Assembly (NCBI GenBank): GCA_051653605.1
Contig: JBOFWL010000145.1
Location: 328,121-392,120, forward strand
Origin: Brevinema sp.
Lineage (GTDB): Bacteria; Spirochaetota; Brevinematia; Brevinematales; Brevinemataceae
DNA length: 64,000 nt
Direction of reading: 5' to 3'
Shown here piece by piece: positions 62,909 through 64,000 of this stretch. Position 1 is the stretch's first letter. Every line of letters begins with the position of its first letter. The notes beneath the pieces are model-generated. The model did no database searches. It was given only the letters and a program-made list of their open reading frames with translations, and was not told the origin of the DNA. Made by a program: the position numbers and the translations under genes.

Positions 62909-63733
62909 TTATTGGAGGGGAAATCGTGTTTGGATGCCAGAGAGAATTTTGGCTCTCACCTCTGGATCCATCTCTGGAAGGATACTTTCAACGATTATTT
63001 TCATAAATTCTGAGGCGGGCATTGAAGGAACATGGGCTCGAGAAATAATATAATCCCACTCGTTAAGTGCATTTTGAGCATTTCGGCGTGTTTGTGGCCG
63101 GCGAGATTTAACATTTTGCCGCATTGTTTTAAGTTTTTCATCCAAACCTTGGTAGGAATTAGCAAGCACATCATTGAGTATACCCTGACGACCGGCAAAG
63201 GCAAGGGTATCATAGACAACAATATAAAGGTGCGCAGGTAAGGATTTTTGCCTGTGGTACATTAAAATATCGGCATCAGAAAAATTGGGCATACCGTAGC
63301 TAGAGCGGGCATGGTTAAAAACCGTATTGAGTTTGGAAACATCAGCAATTCCCGAACCATCGTACTTACTGATAAACTGCCGAAACTCGTCGACGGAAAT
63401 ACTGCTAATGAGTTCGTAGTAAGAAAATTTTGCGAGGTCTTTAAGAAGAGTATTATAGAAGAAATTTGCAGTTTGCGCGCCATTGAAAGCCATAATAGCC
63501 TCATTAACGCGTAGATTTCTCAGTTTTTTAGCGAATTCTTGATCGTTTTGTTCTTGTTCATCGAGAAATTCCCCAACAGCTTGGGTATTATTTTGAGCAA
63601 AAAGTACTCTTTGCTCTTGAGGCAGGATTTCATTCCAAGCTCTCATTCGCTCTTGCAGACGGAAAACTTCCCCCTGAATGGCACACCCTCCTAACAGAAG
63701 GCAAAAACTCAATAGAACAGATTTCATAATCAC
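62909..63733 (-). CDS. Hypothetical lipoprotein
   Basis: 274 aa. MIMKSVLLSFCLLLGGCA contains the lipobox LLGGC. The protein looks helical, and I recognise no family. Confidence 0.6.
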   Translation of the reverse strand: MIMKSVLLSFCLLLGGCAIQGEVFRLQERMRAWNEILPQEQRVLFAQNNTQAVGEFLDEQEQNDQEFAKKLRNLRVNEAIMAFNGAQTANFFYNTLLKDLAKFSYYELISSISVDEFRQFISKYDGSGIADVSKLNTVFNHARSSYGMPNFSDADILMYHRQKSLPAHLYIVVYDTLAFAGRQGILNDVLANSYQGLDEKLKTMRQNVKSRRPQTRRNAQNALNEWDYIISRAHVPSMPASEFMKIIVESILPEMDPEVRAKILSGIQTRFPLQ

Positions 63734-63748
63734 TCCCTAAAAATCGTG

Positions 63749-64000
63749 CTAAAAAATATTATCAAAAATTTGAGAATCTTCAGTAACTTCAACGGTAAAA
63801 TTTGTATCATTGTAGTTTTTGTTAAATTCTCTATAGTTTACGGCAAGTTCGGTTTTAATACCCACGCGTGAGGTTCCCGAAATTTGTCTAATCAATCCAC
63901 TGTCTCTTTCGGCAATTAATTCGATACGACGAAAACTTGTGGTATTGGCTTTTGGTTCAAAAATAATGCGGTATGCAGGAACAGTCCCATACATCACGTT
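63749..64000 (-). CDS. Hypothetical protein, probably 5'-truncated by the window edge
   Basis: The ORF stays open to the last codon of the window, and the ORF-track start at 63997 is a GTG. The visible part looks like a beta-rich C-terminal portion. Confidence 0.4.
   Translation of the reverse strand, partial: NVMYGTVPAYRIIFEPKANTTSFRRIELIAERDSGLIRQISGTSRVGIKTELAVNYREFNKNYNDTNFTVEVTEDSQIFDNIF

Noticed and set aside
1-64000. I searched by eye for CRISPR arrays, tRNA/rRNA genes, transposases, integrases, phage genes, toxin-antitoxin pairs and known defence-system signatures.
   Set aside because: None were found. Intergenic regions are short (mostly under 270 bp) and are explained by promoters and terminators. 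The only tandem repeat is inside pnp. All large ORFs have housekeeping, envelope or motility identities. This was a by-eye search only; tRNAscan, Infernal and HMM searches would be decisive.

Overview
This is a densely packed, AT-rich chromosomal segment (roughly 40% G+C by eye, not computed). I assign it to a flagellated diderm of the Spirochaetota. The basis is a FlaB-type core flagellin together with the spirochaete-specific FlaA sheath protein, an adjacent TamB-BamA pair, and a V-type rather than F-type ATPase operon. I call about 62 protein genes, mostly housekeeping. They include pyrG, lepA, pnp-rpsO-ribF-murJ, pta, coaD, mnmE, yidC, murA, dxr, folD, rsmI, pth-rplY, queA and rsfS. I corrected several ORF-track starts from SD and promoter context: murA GTG 32525, folD TTG 39525, pnp ATG 21592, and rpsO, ribF, murJ, yidC, flaA among others. 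Flagellar genes are scattered over six loci (flaB, flaA, flgM, fliL-fliM, fliY). Most carry CCGAWAA-type sigma28-like -10 boxes. Most other operons start with near-consensus sigma70 promoters of the form TTGAnn-N17-TATAAT. I saw no rRNA, tRNA, CRISPR array, transposase, integrase, phage gene or recognisable defence system, so this reads as core genome rather than an accessory island. Eight observations seem most worth a second look. (1) The flaB leader has two CsrA-type GGAUG sites. (2) PNPase carries an 84-aa Arg/Asp-rich C-terminal tail encoded by five 39-bp tandem repeats. (3) The V-ATPase operon has the complete Na+-binding signature in its c subunit. (4) That c subunit also has a signal-peptide-like extension. 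(5) A zinc-ribbon gene is inserted between ntpI and ntpK. (6) An spmA-spmB-LD-carboxypeptidase-M20 amidohydrolase operon mirrors dacB-spmAB of spore formers in a non-sporulating lineage. (7) A perfect GCCGATAA box lies in front of an unknown exported protein just downstream of flaA. (8) A 52-codon membrane mini-ORF is missed by the ORF track and lies directly after fliY. All functional calls rest on motif recognition from memory and on synteny; no database search was run.
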